Of a stretch of 64,000 bases of DNA, positions 27,901 through 40,903 are shown one piece after another. Location of the stretch: positions 57,598,001 through 57,662,000 of the forward strand of contig NC_043001.1 in assembly GCF_006345805.1 (NCBI RefSeq), read 5' to 3'. Each line of letters begins with the position of its first letter. Position 1 is the stretch's first letter. The notes beneath the pieces are model-generated. The model did not search any database, was not told where the DNA came from, and was given only the letters and a program-made list of their open reading frames with translations. The translations under genes and the position numbers were made by a program. The stretch comes from Octopus sinensis. Taxonomy: Eukaryota.

Positions 27901-28809
27901 AAGGTAAACGAGAATAAACACTTAAGGTGTATCTGTTGAAGGACTAGCATTCCGTCCTTCCGCTAATTCGTGGTTGATTTCACATGCATTGAGTTATCAT
28001 GAAATCCATTTTTCCCCATTTAATTTAGTCCTACGTTTTTATCGCCAATTCTTGCAAACCTATCAATGTCATATTTCCCATCATTGTTCATCAATATTTG
28101 TCAAACTTCCAGTAGTATGTCAATGACTTCACAGTCGAAATCATCGGCTTTTGAATCGAAGAATTTTTCTAGTCATATTTAGTTGGGCATAAGATTTTAT
28201 GCTTTTCATTTGTTTCACAGACTTTCCTACCTGGGCCTGCGTCGCTTGCTAAAGTCACCTCATTTTCAATACAATGAAATTATATAATACTGTTTTTCAT
28301 CTTCGGTGTATTTACGTATTTGTTCGGCGACTTTGCCGAGATGCGTTTTGCATTAATTTTTCCAACAAACAATTACCTCCAGTAATTTCTTAGCTAACTC
28401 TAGAATTTACCATTCCCATTGTATTAAAGTTTGTACTTTGCTTGAAGCTTCTCTTTGTCTTGCTTTTCACTGTTGTTGTTCTTACTTGATCAACTAAGGT
28501 GTTGCGTTCCTCTTCATTTCTTTTTATATTGTCATTGATACTATTATTCGTATATTTTCTGTTAAATGTGGCTGGTATTGTTGGGATACTATTTTTATAA
28601 CCCGTCTTCTTATTCGAGTACCTATTACCTCGACTTCGATTTGATGAAAGTCAAAGTCGACAACAGAGGTATTGGAATTCAGGACTTAACAACAACTTAA
28701 TTTTATCCAGCGTGCTAACGCTTCTGTTAAGCTTTCCGCTTTTTCAGTTAGAAATACTTTCTAAGGAGATACAATACTTGATATTTTGGAAGAGGGTATC
28801 TAGCTACCG

Positions 28810-28920
28810 CCTTAATAATAATGTTGATAACAATAACAATAAGAATGATAATAATGATAATGATGATAAAGACGATGATGATGATGATGATGATGAAAAT
28901 AATAATAATAATAATGATAG

Positions 28921-28995
<75 letters not shown>

Positions 28996-29006
28996 TGATA
29001 ATAATA

Positions 29007-29067
<61 letters not shown>

Positions 29068-29090
29068 TAATAATGATAATAATGATAAGG

Positions 29091-29122
<32 letters not shown>

Positions 29123-29123
29123 G

Positions 29124-29157
<34 letters not shown>

Positions 29158-29204
29158 TGATAATAATAATAATGTTAATGATAATAATAATAATAATAAT
29201 AATT

Positions 29205-29266
<62 letters not shown>
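28810..29266. repeat. (AAT)n/(GAT)n array, target of the downstream RLE element
   Basis: Direct reading. Confidence 0.95.
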
Positions 29267-29268
<2 letters not shown>

Positions 29269-29387
29269 CCGGGGGACGTTTAAGAGAGAACAAACACCGG
29301 GGGACGTTTAAGAGAGAAAACTGGGGGACGCTTAAGAGGAGAACACCGGAGGACGTTTAAGAGGAGAACACCGGGGAACGTTTAAGA
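29264..29387 (+). repeat. Five ~24-bp tandem monomers in the RLE element 5' end
   Basis: AACACCGGGGGACGTTTAAGAGAG-like units. Confidence 0.9.
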
Positions 29388-32300
29388 TGTAAGAAGGAAA
29401 ATACAGAGCTCCGAAATCTATCCACAAACATCGAAAACAAGGACATCCTATGGAGCCAAAGATTTACTAACAAAGAATTGGACTGTATCCGAGTAAGTAA
29501 TACTAATTGAAATTTATTACTATTTTCGAAACGAAATGATGTATTTTGACTCGATATCATCTCCACCTCTAACACAACACATGTAAACATGCGTGGAACA
29601 TCACGATCATCCCCGACCCCAAACACCATGTACAAAGGAACTACGAAGAAATTAAATAACACCGATACTATTCAACCCAAGAATAACAATCGAGCGGTAC
29701 GTACATTAAACTTACAACAAAAAATGTACGAAAAACTACACGTGCGAAATAATGTGACAACAGAAATAAACGGACCGGTACCCTACGAAAATGACGACCG
29801 TCAAAATAATGGGCCGGACGTTGTACCTCATGTCCCGCAAATAAAACCCAAAAGACGTAAATGGACACGTGAGGAATACATTTCTATCTTACACGCATAC
29901 TTCACAGCAGTGCTCTACCCAAAAAATGAAAATACAACAACACATACATATAAAATATGGAAGGAAAATAATAGACTTGGATACAGGAATGAACCCTAAT
30001 AAATTAGCTAACGTACGAAGATACATTCTCAACACACAAAAAAAATATCAGAAATAGAGATAGAACATCTAAAAGAAAAAATACACCAGGAAAATGTAGA
30101 TATAAGCCACACAACAATGCCCAATAATATAAACACTGAAACTGTAAAACACGAAGACAAACGCAACATTCCCAACAAACACGATGTAAACAACGAAGGG
30201 GAGTCTAATGATTATGATAATATAAAAAGTAAAATAATCAAAGAACTGAAAACCACAGAGCTCAAAATGGACCACAGACCATACCTCCCAAGAATCAAAA
30301 TAAACGAAATAATAACACCAATTATAAACAGCATAAACCTAACCGTCACGGAACTAATAGCCACTGAAACAAAAAAAAGTGATATCACTGAGCTAAATGA
30401 CTTAATACACGCAGCAGCCACTGCAGCCACAAAAGAAGCTGGATACTCAATCAAACCCGTCCAAACAGGAGTACCACCACCCAAACAAACCCTGTGGATA
30501 AATAACATCCAAAACAAAATTAAAAAAATTAGAAAAGACCTGTCGATTCTTAATGAAATCAGCAAACAATCAACGCTACTGAGCAACAAAAAGAAAACAA
30601 AAATACTCCGCAAATATAACATCACAGAGAAAGATTTGCCTGAGATAAAAGAAAAGCTGAAGCAAGATATCCTTGCCAAAGCACAAAGGATCCGCCGGTA
30701 CGAGAAACGCCAACGCTTCTTTGAAGAAAACAAAAAGTTCAACTCCAACCCCAAAAAGTTCTACCAAGAACTGGCAAACATAAAATAGAAGTCACTGCAG
30801 CACCAACGGCAGGAGAATTGGAAGAATTCTGGAGAGAAATATGGTCGGCGAACGAACAAAAAAAAAAAGGAGTATCAAAATAACAAACTCGGCATCTGAA
30901 CAACTTTGGACCCCTATAACAACTGAAGAGGTCACCCAGGCACTGCAAAGACTAAGCAACTGGAAGGCACCTGGGCATGAGAAGATCCCCAACTTCTGGT
31001 TGAAATATCTAACAGGAATGCACAAGAAGCTGGCTGAAAACTTTAACAACATACTAGCAGAGCCAGAGACAATGCCTGAATGGCTCACGGAGGGGAAAAC
31101 CATCTTAATTCCCAAATGAAATGAAACAGCAAAACCAGAAAACTACAGACCAATAACCTGCCTCCCTACTATGTTCAAGGCATTTACTGCAGTGATATCG
31201 CAAAGGCTGAACAAGCACCTGGACGAAAACAAACTGTTCCCAGAAGAGCAGAAAGGATGCCGCAAAGGCTCATATGGCTGTAAAGATCAACTAATGATTA
31301 ATAAAGCCATAACTGAAGACAGCCACAGAAAGAAGAAAGGCCTCAGTATGGCCTGGATTGACTACAAAAAGGCGTTTGATAGCATCCCCCACACATGGAT
31401 CCTCGAAACACTAGCCATTAACAAAGTAGCACCAACAATCATAAAATTCATAGAGCACTCTATGAATAAATGGCAAACAGTCCTACACTCCAAACAAAAG
31501 AGGGACTCATGAAAACCAAAGACATCCCCATTAGAAGGGGAATATTCCAGGGAGACACGCTCTCTCCACTCCTCTTCTGCTTAGCACTGTCACCTCTATC
31601 TGATATGCTAAATAGAACTGGATGCGGATATAAATGTTACGGCAAAACGATCAGCCACCTTCTATATATGGATGACCTAAGACTATACGCTGCAAATGAC
31701 AAACAGCTGGAAACACTATTAAAGACAGTTCATGGATTTACCAAAGAAAAAGATATGAAATTTGGATGAGAAAAATGCGCCAAAGTAACCATGAAAAGAG
31801 GAAAACTAGTTAAGAGTAACAACATCACACTAGATAAAACCAATGAAATAAAAGAATTAGACCAAAGCCAAACTCACAAATACTTAGGAATCCAAGAACT
31901 AGATAAGACACAACACACACAAATGAAAGAGAAAATAAAAAAAAGAATATTATAGACGAGTTAGATCAATACTAAAAACAGAGCTCAATGCTAAAAACAA
32001 GATAATAGGAATCAACACTTTAGCTGTCCCAGTTATAAGTTACAGCTACAATATCCTTAACTGGACACGAAATGAACTGACCAAAATAGATAGGAAAACA
32101 AGAAAAATAATGACAGGATCTAGGATGCATCGCCCAAAATCTGACATAGAAAGACTATATATACAACGTATAGAAGGTGGTAGAGGCCTTATACAGCTGG
32201 AAAACTACTATAAAATAACCACCATAGGACTGCAAAAATATCTACTTCAGAAGAAAGGAAAACTGATCCAGATAGCGGCAAAACACGAGCAAAACAAAAA

Positions 32301-33298
32301 ACTGTTCTCAGTATTTAAGGAAGCTGACAAATACAAACAAGAAATCATACCACCTAATAAACATGAAGAAGAAGAAGAAAATGAAGAAACAACAAAAGCT
32401 ATAAAACAAATAAAATCCAAACTAAAAATAGAACAGCAACGAGCCATGATAAAACGATGGCAAGAAAAGCCCCTTCATGGTAAATACTGGACTAAACTAA
32501 ATGCAAAAGAAATAGACAAAGAAAAATCCCAGCAATGGTTGAGAAGCTCAGGACTCAAAGCAGAAACAGAGGGATTTTTAATTGCAGCACAAGACGAAAG
32601 CCTCCCCACCAGAAATTACCAAAAATATGTAATGAAAAGAAATATTACAAGTAACTGCAGAATATGTGGAGATGGACAAGAAACAATAAATCGTATTATC
32701 TCTAGCTGCCCAGTCATGGCTAAGAAGGAATATATTCACAGACATGACAGAGTTGGAACCTACATACATTGGAAGCTATGCCAACATTATGGAATAACAA
32801 CAGAAAAAAGATGGTATAGGCACACACCAGAAAAGGTCACATAAAACGAGAAAGCAACCATACTCTGGGATATGCCGATACACACAGATAGAGAAATTAA
32901 GGCCAGCAGACCAGATATAGTTGTCAGAGATCATGAAGAAAAAAAATGCTTTCTAATTGATGTATCAATACCGGCAGATGACAACGTGTCTCTAAAAGAA
33001 ATAGAGAAACTCTCAAAATACAAAGACCTGGAAATAGAGGTAACTAGAATGTGGAATCTGAAAACAGAAACAATTCCTATCATAGTAGGTGCATTAGGCA
33101 TGATAAAAAAATATTCAGACAAATACATAACAAAAACACCAGGACTTACAAACACATATAACATACAGAAAATTGCACTACTAGGCACTGCACACATCCT
33201 ACGCAGAACACTTTCCATACAATAACCATCAGAGCATCACAACAAATCACAGTACATACCCAAGGCACACAGAGCTGCGCTCGGTAGTGAAGTGAAAG
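29267..33298 (+). mobile_element. Apparently full-length R4/Dong-type RLE non-LTR retrotransposon (subfamily A), ORF disrupted
   Basis: Myb-like KRRKWTREEY; RT NWKAPG, YRPITCL, IFQGDTLSPLLF, LLYMDDL; CCHC CRICGDGQETIN; RLE RPDIVVRD...LIDVSIP; multiple stops and frameshifts. Confidence 0.95.
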
Positions 33299-33319
33299 GA
33301 GAATTTTGCTTACATGGGT

Positions 33320-33447
33320 AACAAAAACACCAGGACTTACAAACACATATAACATACAGAAAATTGCACTACTAGGCACTGCACACATCCTACGCAGATC
33401 ACATTCCATACAATAACCATCAGAGCATCACAACAAATCACAGCACA
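33320..33447 (+). mobile_element. Second short fragment of the subfamily A 3' end
   Basis: Repeats ~33128-33256 with several substitutions. Confidence 0.85.
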
Positions 33448-33918
33448 TGGTATAAAAGATGGGCTACAGCAAATATTCTGCTCAATACCACAGATTTGCT
33501 TGTCAGTTGTTTGACCTTAACCAGTTGAGCATGTCCCTTAGTGGCTGACGATATGTGCATCTCTGATCACGAGCAGAAGTTGTGGGGGAGCATCATGGCC
33601 ATGTGTTGGCGGGGATTCTTTGGGGTTTGAATAATTCACCTCTGGAAACATGAGTGGTTCTTTCAACATCCTTAAACAACCCTTATTCAGAGACCTTTTG
33701 AGCGGGATGGGCTACTCAACCTGAAGAAAATTCTAACTGGGCCCCACCTGCAAGGTCATGTGCTGTTTATCTTGATATGAGATCACCATGTCGAGCACAT
33801 ATGGTTGTGATGCATGTGCCTGGTTTACCTTTATCAGACGGGTAGTCATGATGGGTATATTGGGCTTCGTATATTTTACCCCAGTGTCACTTTGATGGCA
33901 TGCACTGCTCTCTCACTC
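33448..33918. mobile_element. Truncated copy of a non-coding (TAA)n-associated element
   Basis: Highly similar to 40257-40804 from GGTATAAAAGATGGG to CTCTCACTC, followed by (AAT)n. Confidence 0.85.
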
Positions 33919-34285
33919 AATAATAATAATAATAATTATAGCTCCGCGCAGAAAGAAAAATAGGCTCCGGGCTGAATAACAACATGTTTGAGCTTCACCG
34001 GGTTCTCCATTTAAAAATGAGTCTAATCAAATAATATCGGCGGAATGGGATAAAGGAACTTGTGAAGACTTGAAATAAGCGGCATTTTAACGAAAATAAT
34101 CACAAAAATGAAATTTTACTGCCATACAAAGCACAGCTTCTCCTATGCACGATGTCTCAGTGAAACATGTGCGAAAGACGCATGCGAAAACAGCATCGGA
34201 AAGTTTACAACTTATAAAACATACATGCAACAAAACAGAAAGTACTTAAATTGATTAATTACGCATACACTCGAATGTCTACTCA

Positions 34286-34342
<57 letters not shown>

Positions 34343-34479
34343 CAATACCTATAGGACTACACGTACATCCCAATGTTTACGCAACTACGGGAAATTTACA
34401 GGCATACACGCATATGAAAGCACGTGTCACAAATAAAGGAAAAAATAACCAAAATTATTTTATTTTTCGAACTAACAAA

Positions 34480-35300
34480 GACAGATTGAAGAATTCATAA
34501 GTTTCGAATCACCACAAAAACTATGCCCAGAGATAAATCTATCAACAAAAAATGAAACAGACGTATACACATCTGTTAGCTTTAAGAAGGAAAGTTACGA
34601 GCAATGTTTTCATTCAGGGAACTCAGAGGCGGTGTTGTCTCAAAACCTTATCTCTAAACAGACAGATCCATCCCCTAATGTAAACGTCCAAGCTTGGCAT
34701 GCTTCAATGATAACCAAGCAAAATACAAACTGAATCTGCCGTCACACACCTTTACTGGAAACACTGCCTTATGTCTCCACATGCAACCCCAGAAAAAAGA
34801 AGCATTTAGCATCATTGTCTCAAATCTCCCAATACTCCATAAGAATCCCAAACTGAACGAAATTCTACAGACCAATAAAATCATTAGAGACAATATACAA
34901 CGAAAGACATTAAAGAAGGTCCTCACAAATGATAAATTAGTTTCAAGAATAATGGACGCAAGAGTAAAAACGTTTGGAACATATCCAGTCTTTTGAAAGG
35001 ATCCATTTTAGACAAGGACAAAAATTCAATGTTAAATCCAAATTCACTTGCACTTCTGAAAACCTCATTTATGTTATCAGGTGCTCGGGATTCCATAAAA
35101 TCTATATAGAGTCGACAGGAATATCGATCAGATGAAGATGTACGGTCCACACACATCCTATATCCTCCATACAATATCGCCAGATATATCTGTGAACACG
35201 TTGATAGATGTGCAGAACAACTGCAGCCCCAATTCCTAATCTTCCCATTATATCAATTTGCTGTTTGGATCTCAACAAATGTACGACTAAATAAGGGTGT
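34480..35300 (+). pseudogene. Decayed Penelope-like element (RT thumb + GIY-YIG)
   Basis: NLPILHKNPKLNEIL linker, then ENLIYVIRCSGFHKIYIESTGISIR*RCTVH, a GIY-YIG pattern. Confidence 0.7.
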
Positions 35301-35630
35301 CTCATTTATCGAAATATAGAAGCCGGAATAAAATATAATTCCATAATGAAAATTTATCCCAACCATTGTAAGAATCAAATGTAGACCACTAAGAAATAGT
35401 ATAGATTACTTCCCCTTTACTGTAAAATAACTTGGGCATCAATTATTCCCACTGGAAAGCAGAATGTCTAATTCAGAAATACATCATAACTCATAATTTG
35501 AAAAGCGGTAAAGAAGCCGGCTATTATGCTGTTGCAAAATATTGTATAATACTTTTACTATTATGATTCTAATATATTCTTTAGACTTTTAAAATAAATC
35601 TGTTTTTCATCTTATTTTTCCGTATATATA

Positions 35631-35673
<43 letters not shown>

Positions 35674-35681
35674 CATATAGG

Positions 35682-35845
35682 CGCAGCCGAAGCTGTGTGA
35701 TAAGAGGTTTGCTTCCCCACCATAATGTTTCAGGTTCAGTTCCACAGCGTGCCACTTTTGGCAAGTGTCTTCTACTGTAGTCTTGGGCCAAGCAAATCAT
35801 TGTGAGTAGAATTGGTTGACGGAAACTGAAAGAAGCTCGAGCTGT
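35682..35845 (+). mobile_element. tRNA-derived SINE head (same family as 440-900)
   Basis: GGCGCAG...GCTGTGTG.TAAG...GGTTCAGTTCCAC...GACGGAAACTGAAAGAAG. Confidence 0.8.
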
Positions 35846-35846
35846 A

Positions 35847-35884
<38 letters not shown>

Positions 35885-35896
<12 letters not shown>

Positions 35897-36372
35897 TCTA
35901 GTTGTGTGAGTGTCTGTCCCCTTCGATTTAGATTCCTAACTCCTCCCACATTTTGCGGTGCAGTTTAACCAAATTCGGGTATCTTATAGTCGTGATTCAT
36001 ATCGAGCCCGTCTGACTATTAGCGCGCGTCAACGATGAGTCTACGATTTTAAAAATAATTTAACATCATTTTTTATATAAAATGCATCGTGTGTCGATGG
36101 CGGCGGAGTTGGCGTCCATGGTCACACCTGCACCTGTTTGCTTCTCCCCCTTCCCTCCCTCGTGAAGCTGTGGGGAAGGGAGTGTAAAGAAATCAAAGTC
36201 GTAATGCGTTGTGAAGGAAACCAGCGTTCTTTTAGAACAACGACTTCATGGCTTGAAGACACCAAAACAAAAATGGCTAAGAAAGCCCGAATTTATAAGG
36301 GAAGTAACTCTCTAAAAATGCTTATATAGTTATTTCCCTTACAGACCGAGCAACGCCGGGCGATACTGCTAG
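35885..36372 (+). mobile_element. Non-autonomous Helitron in a (TA)n tract
   Basis: 3' hairpin CCG-AGCAACGC-CGG, then CTAG (36369-36372) followed by T; no TSD; 5' end merges into TATATATAAAA. Confidence 0.75.
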
Positions 36373-36373
36373 T

Positions 36374-36705
<332 letters not shown>

Positions 36706-36778
36706 TATATGTATTTATGCTATAAAATTAGATTTAATCCTAAATCTAATTTTTCCCTGTAAGTTTGGATTTACTCCC

Positions 36779-36818
<40 letters not shown>

Positions 36819-36914
36819 ATCCAAACAAGAAAACAAAAAAAACAAAAAAAAACAACGCGAGGACGTGGAACAAATAAAGTATTATTGGACGCTCAGGAAA
36901 GAAGGGAAGGAGGA

Positions 36915-36952
36915 GGGTATAACGTTTCGAGCGGAGCTCTTCGTCGGAAAAA
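36915..36952 (-). ncRNA. Hammerhead-like motif with variant core CCGACGA
   Basis: Minus strand CCGACGA-A-GAGC-TCC-GCTC-GAAA-C-GTT; weak stem I. Confidence 0.4.
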
Positions 36953-37129
36953 CTTAGAAGGAAAGATCCCGAGAAGGGAAGACAGAGGAAAAAAATCGCC
37001 AGTGGTACTCACGAGGTCACATATTGAATGACCGGAAGTAGAAAGGTGGAAGAATAATGTTTTTTAAAAACAGGAGAGTTTTCAAAGACAGTAGGTAGTA
37101 TGTCAAAGACAAGGAAAGTGAGGGGGGAA

Positions 37130-37199
37130 TGTGTGTGGATGTGTGCGTGCGCGGAGGTCTGCGTGTGCGCGTGCGTGTGTATGTGTGCAATGGTGACAC

Positions 37200-37230
<31 letters not shown>

Positions 37231-37352
37231 GATTGCGAACAACTGGCTAGAAGGTGGCCAGTGTGTAAGAATAAGGAGTGGTGTTTTTTTATGTCCAGCC
37301 ACAGGTCAAAACAAAGAGGTATGTGTGTGTGCGTGTATGTGTGCAATGGTGA

Positions 37353-37400
<48 letters not shown>

Positions 37401-38080
37401 TATGCGTAGAGTTTGGGTGTGTGGCGAGTAACAGTGCTTAACTTAGAGTATGTGTGAGTGTGTGCTTGTACGTGCATGTGTGTGTATATATATGAATGTA
37501 TAATTGGGTGCGTGCATGTATAATTGTGTGCCGTGTGTATGGGATGTACGTGTGGGTTCATTTGTGCGTGTGTGTATGTATGTGCGTGTAGTTGTGTGTG
37601 CGTGTATGTGTGCGTTTGTATGTGTGTGTGTAAGCGTATATGCGTGTATCCGTGGGGTTGTGAGTTTTGGGTGTGTGCATTGGTGTGCGTGTGTGCGTTC
37701 CTATGTGTGCGCATGTCTTTGTGTGCGTATGTATGTGTGTACGTATGCGTACATGTGCGTGCGCGTGTAGGTATATATTGCGTGTATGTATATGTGTCGG
37801 TGTGTATGTGAATTTGTGTGTGTTTGTACGTGTGTATGTGTGTGTGGGTGTATTGTACGTATATATAAATGTGTGTGTGTGTGTGTGTACGTGCGTGCGA
37901 ATGAATGTATGAATACATGTGCGTGTGTGTACAAATGTAGATGTTTATATGTGTGTTTATATGTTTATATGTGTGTATATATATGTATGCAAGCACACAC
38001 TTTATAATTGAAAGCTTGATGGAAAAAAATTGGTGTGGGTGTATGTGAATCCACAGGCACACACACACAAACAGACGCAC
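37130..38080. repeat. Degenerate (TG)n/(TGTA)n/(TGCG)n tract
   Basis: Direct reading. Confidence 0.95.
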
Positions 38081-38183
38081 GCCTGCAATACAGCCAACCG
38101 GTAATGTAATCGGTAAAACTAAGCACGTGTCTGTCTTGGCACAGAAAGCTGGGGTTAGTTTTCAGTTTGCATTTACACTGAAC

Positions 38184-38262
38184 GAATGCACTGATGAAGC
38201 CACGGACATTTGAATTATGTAAGTAATTCTTTTGTTAAAGGCCGAAACCGAGGTATGCATTT
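38184..38262 (+). ncRNA. Type I hammerhead ribozyme motif, near-canonical
   Basis: AATGCA-CTGATGA-AGCC...GGCC-GAAA-CCGAG-GTA-TGCATT; 6-bp stem I, GCC/GGC stem II, minimal stem III. Confidence 0.75.
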
Positions 38263-38727
38263 AATTCTGTTTTTTATATAAATTTTCATGTCCTGCCCGC
38301 CAAATTTGGTTCTGGTGTTCGCTGAATTTTTCCTCAAGAGAATTCCCTTTGTAGTTTGATCGTTGATGATCTATTTCTAGCATACGGCCGACTACCTAGC
38401 AGTCTCGCCCTGCCAATATACACATATATTAGAATTTTCTCTGACTTCTCAGATTTTTTGTATGCTAGACTACTGGTTTTAAATTGATATTAAAATTAAT
38501 ATTAATTTATCTCCCTCATTATTTAAATATTGAAATAAATACGTTCTCTAGTAGTAAGCACTAACCGCAGTGAATTGTTTACTGCAGTCCTTTGCTTCAG
38601 GAATTTCTTAGCGCGCCAGAACCAAGACATTTGAAATTTTATCCCTAATGTAATCGGTAAAACTAAGCACGTGTCTGTCTTGGCACAGAAAGCCGGGGTT
38701 AGTTTTCAGTTTGCATTTACACTGAAC

Positions 38728-38806
38728 GAATGCACTGATGAAGCCACGGACATTTGAATTATGTAAGTAATTCTTTTGTTGAAGGCCAAAACCGAGGTAT
38801 GCATTT
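38728..38806 (+). ncRNA. Second hammerhead copy, core G12 mutated to A
   Basis: GGCC-AAAA at 38788 instead of GGCC-GAAA. Confidence 0.65.
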
Positions 38807-40121
38807 GATTCTGTTTTTTATATAAATTTTCATCTGTCCTGCCCGCCAAATTTGGTTCTGGTGTTCGCTGAATTTTTCCTCTAGAGAATTTCCTTTGTAG
38901 TTTGATCGTTGATGATCTATTTCTAGCATACGGCCGACTACCTAGCAGTCTCGCCCTGCCAATATACACATATAGTAGAATTTTCTCTGACTTCTCAGAT
39001 TTTTTGTATGCTAGACTACTGGTTTTAAATTGATATTAAAATTAATATTAATTTATCTCCCTCATTATTTAAATATTTTATATATATATATATATATATA
39101 CATATGTATATGTATACACACACACACACACATATATATGTATGTATACCCATAAAACTCTTGAAATATTTGCTCATGAAATATTCCTTAATAAAGATAT
39201 CATCGGGTTTCCATTTACATATTATTTTTCGTGAGATATGGCAGTACAACTCCACATAGGTATTCTTCATGAAATATCAATGATGCCAGATACATTGCAC
39301 TCAATGTCATCGTTCTTTAGAACGATATCTTACATAGAATACTGCTGTTAGTAGACATATTTTGTTTATCATGCATAAATAAACTTTAGAAAAAAGTATG
39401 GCTTATAGCTAAATACTGGAGAGTGTGTGCACATTAGTCAAATGGGAATTAACTGTACTATGGAGCACACATGTATGATTCACAGCAAATACAACCACAC
39501 ATTAAGAATAATAGATATCAAATACACATCAACACATAATAATTATAAATCACACCTGGTGTAAAAATATACATTTCTGCAAGCTGCCAATCATCTCTGC
39601 GCTGTCTAAATAATATATTTTCTCTATTACATTTTCTTATATCATTCAATTTCACATTTGATTGATGATTATTTCGTGAATGATTAAGAAAATGTGAGAG
39701 AGAATGCGATTTCTTGATGTTAGAAGAAACACAAAATTTGACCGAAATGAATAATCTAAGCAAAGTGAATATCTGTCCTGATATCAAAATGAATAATGGG
39801 ACCAGAAAGGTCCCATAAGTATTTCTAGTTAGTTTCGCCATGCTCCATCTTCAAACATATAAACAAAACAGCACCAACTTGAATATAGAATATAAAAGAC
39901 TTAAAAGACATCATGTGTTTCTAACATAGGGCCATGATTAAATAGCAACAACAAGCTGAATATCAACCATAGGATCAATTCAATATTCATTACAACACAA
40001 AATACAACACAATACCAACGGTGTCACAAAAACTTTTAACGTTAATATTCTTGGAACTCAACGTATTTTAGCAAATACTTTGTTGTTGATGATACGTAGA
40101 GTATAGATACTTATAATAATG

Positions 40122-40173
<52 letters not shown>

Positions 40174-40180
40174 TAATAAC

Positions 40181-40221
<41 letters not shown>

Positions 40222-40256
40222 GGATGATGATGATGATGATGATAACAATAATAATA

Positions 40257-40804
40257 AAAGCCCTGATACAGTACCGGGCAGTGACTCTCATGGCTTCTGA
40301 TCTTAACTGATTGGAGGTGTTATCATGTACATTGTTTTGTCTTGGTATAAAAGATGGGCTACAGCAAATATTCTGCTCAATATCACAGATTTGCTTGTCA
40401 GTTGCTTGACCTCAACCAGTTGAGCATGTCCCTTAGTGGCTGACAATACGTGCATCTCTGATCACGAGCAGAAGTAGTGGGGGAGCATCATAGCCATGTG
40501 TTGGAAGGAATTCTTTGGGGTATGGATAATTCACCTTCGGAAATATGGGCGTTTCGTTCAACATCCTTAAACCTTATTCAAGGACCTTTTGAGCGGGATG
40601 GGCTACTCGACCTGAAGAAAATTCTAACTAGACCCCACCTGCAAAGTCATGCGCTTTTTATCTTGATATGAAATCATGTCCGCACATATGGTTGTGATGC
40701 ATGTGCCTGGTTTGCCTTATCAGACGGGTAGTCATGATGGGTATACTGGGCTTTGTATATTTTACCCTAGTGTCACTCTGATGGCATGCACTGCTCTCTC
40801 ACTC
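40257..40804. mobile_element. ~550-bp non-coding element between (GAT/AAT)n and (AAT)n arrays
   Basis: Second copy at 33448-33918; no recognisable coding motif. Confidence 0.85.

Positions 40805-40902
<98 letters not shown>

Positions 40903-40903
<1 letters not shown>

Larger units (their letters stand above)
38102..39076 (+). mobile_element. Tandem 544-bp non-coding unit (1.8 copies), each with a hammerhead; retrozyme/pLTR-like
   Basis: Unit starts at 38102 and 38646; CTGATGA at 38191 and 38735. Confidence 0.8.

Noticed and set aside
29264-29387. Short repeats as a CRISPR-like array
   Set aside because: Eukaryotic context, no unique spacers; plain tandem monomers
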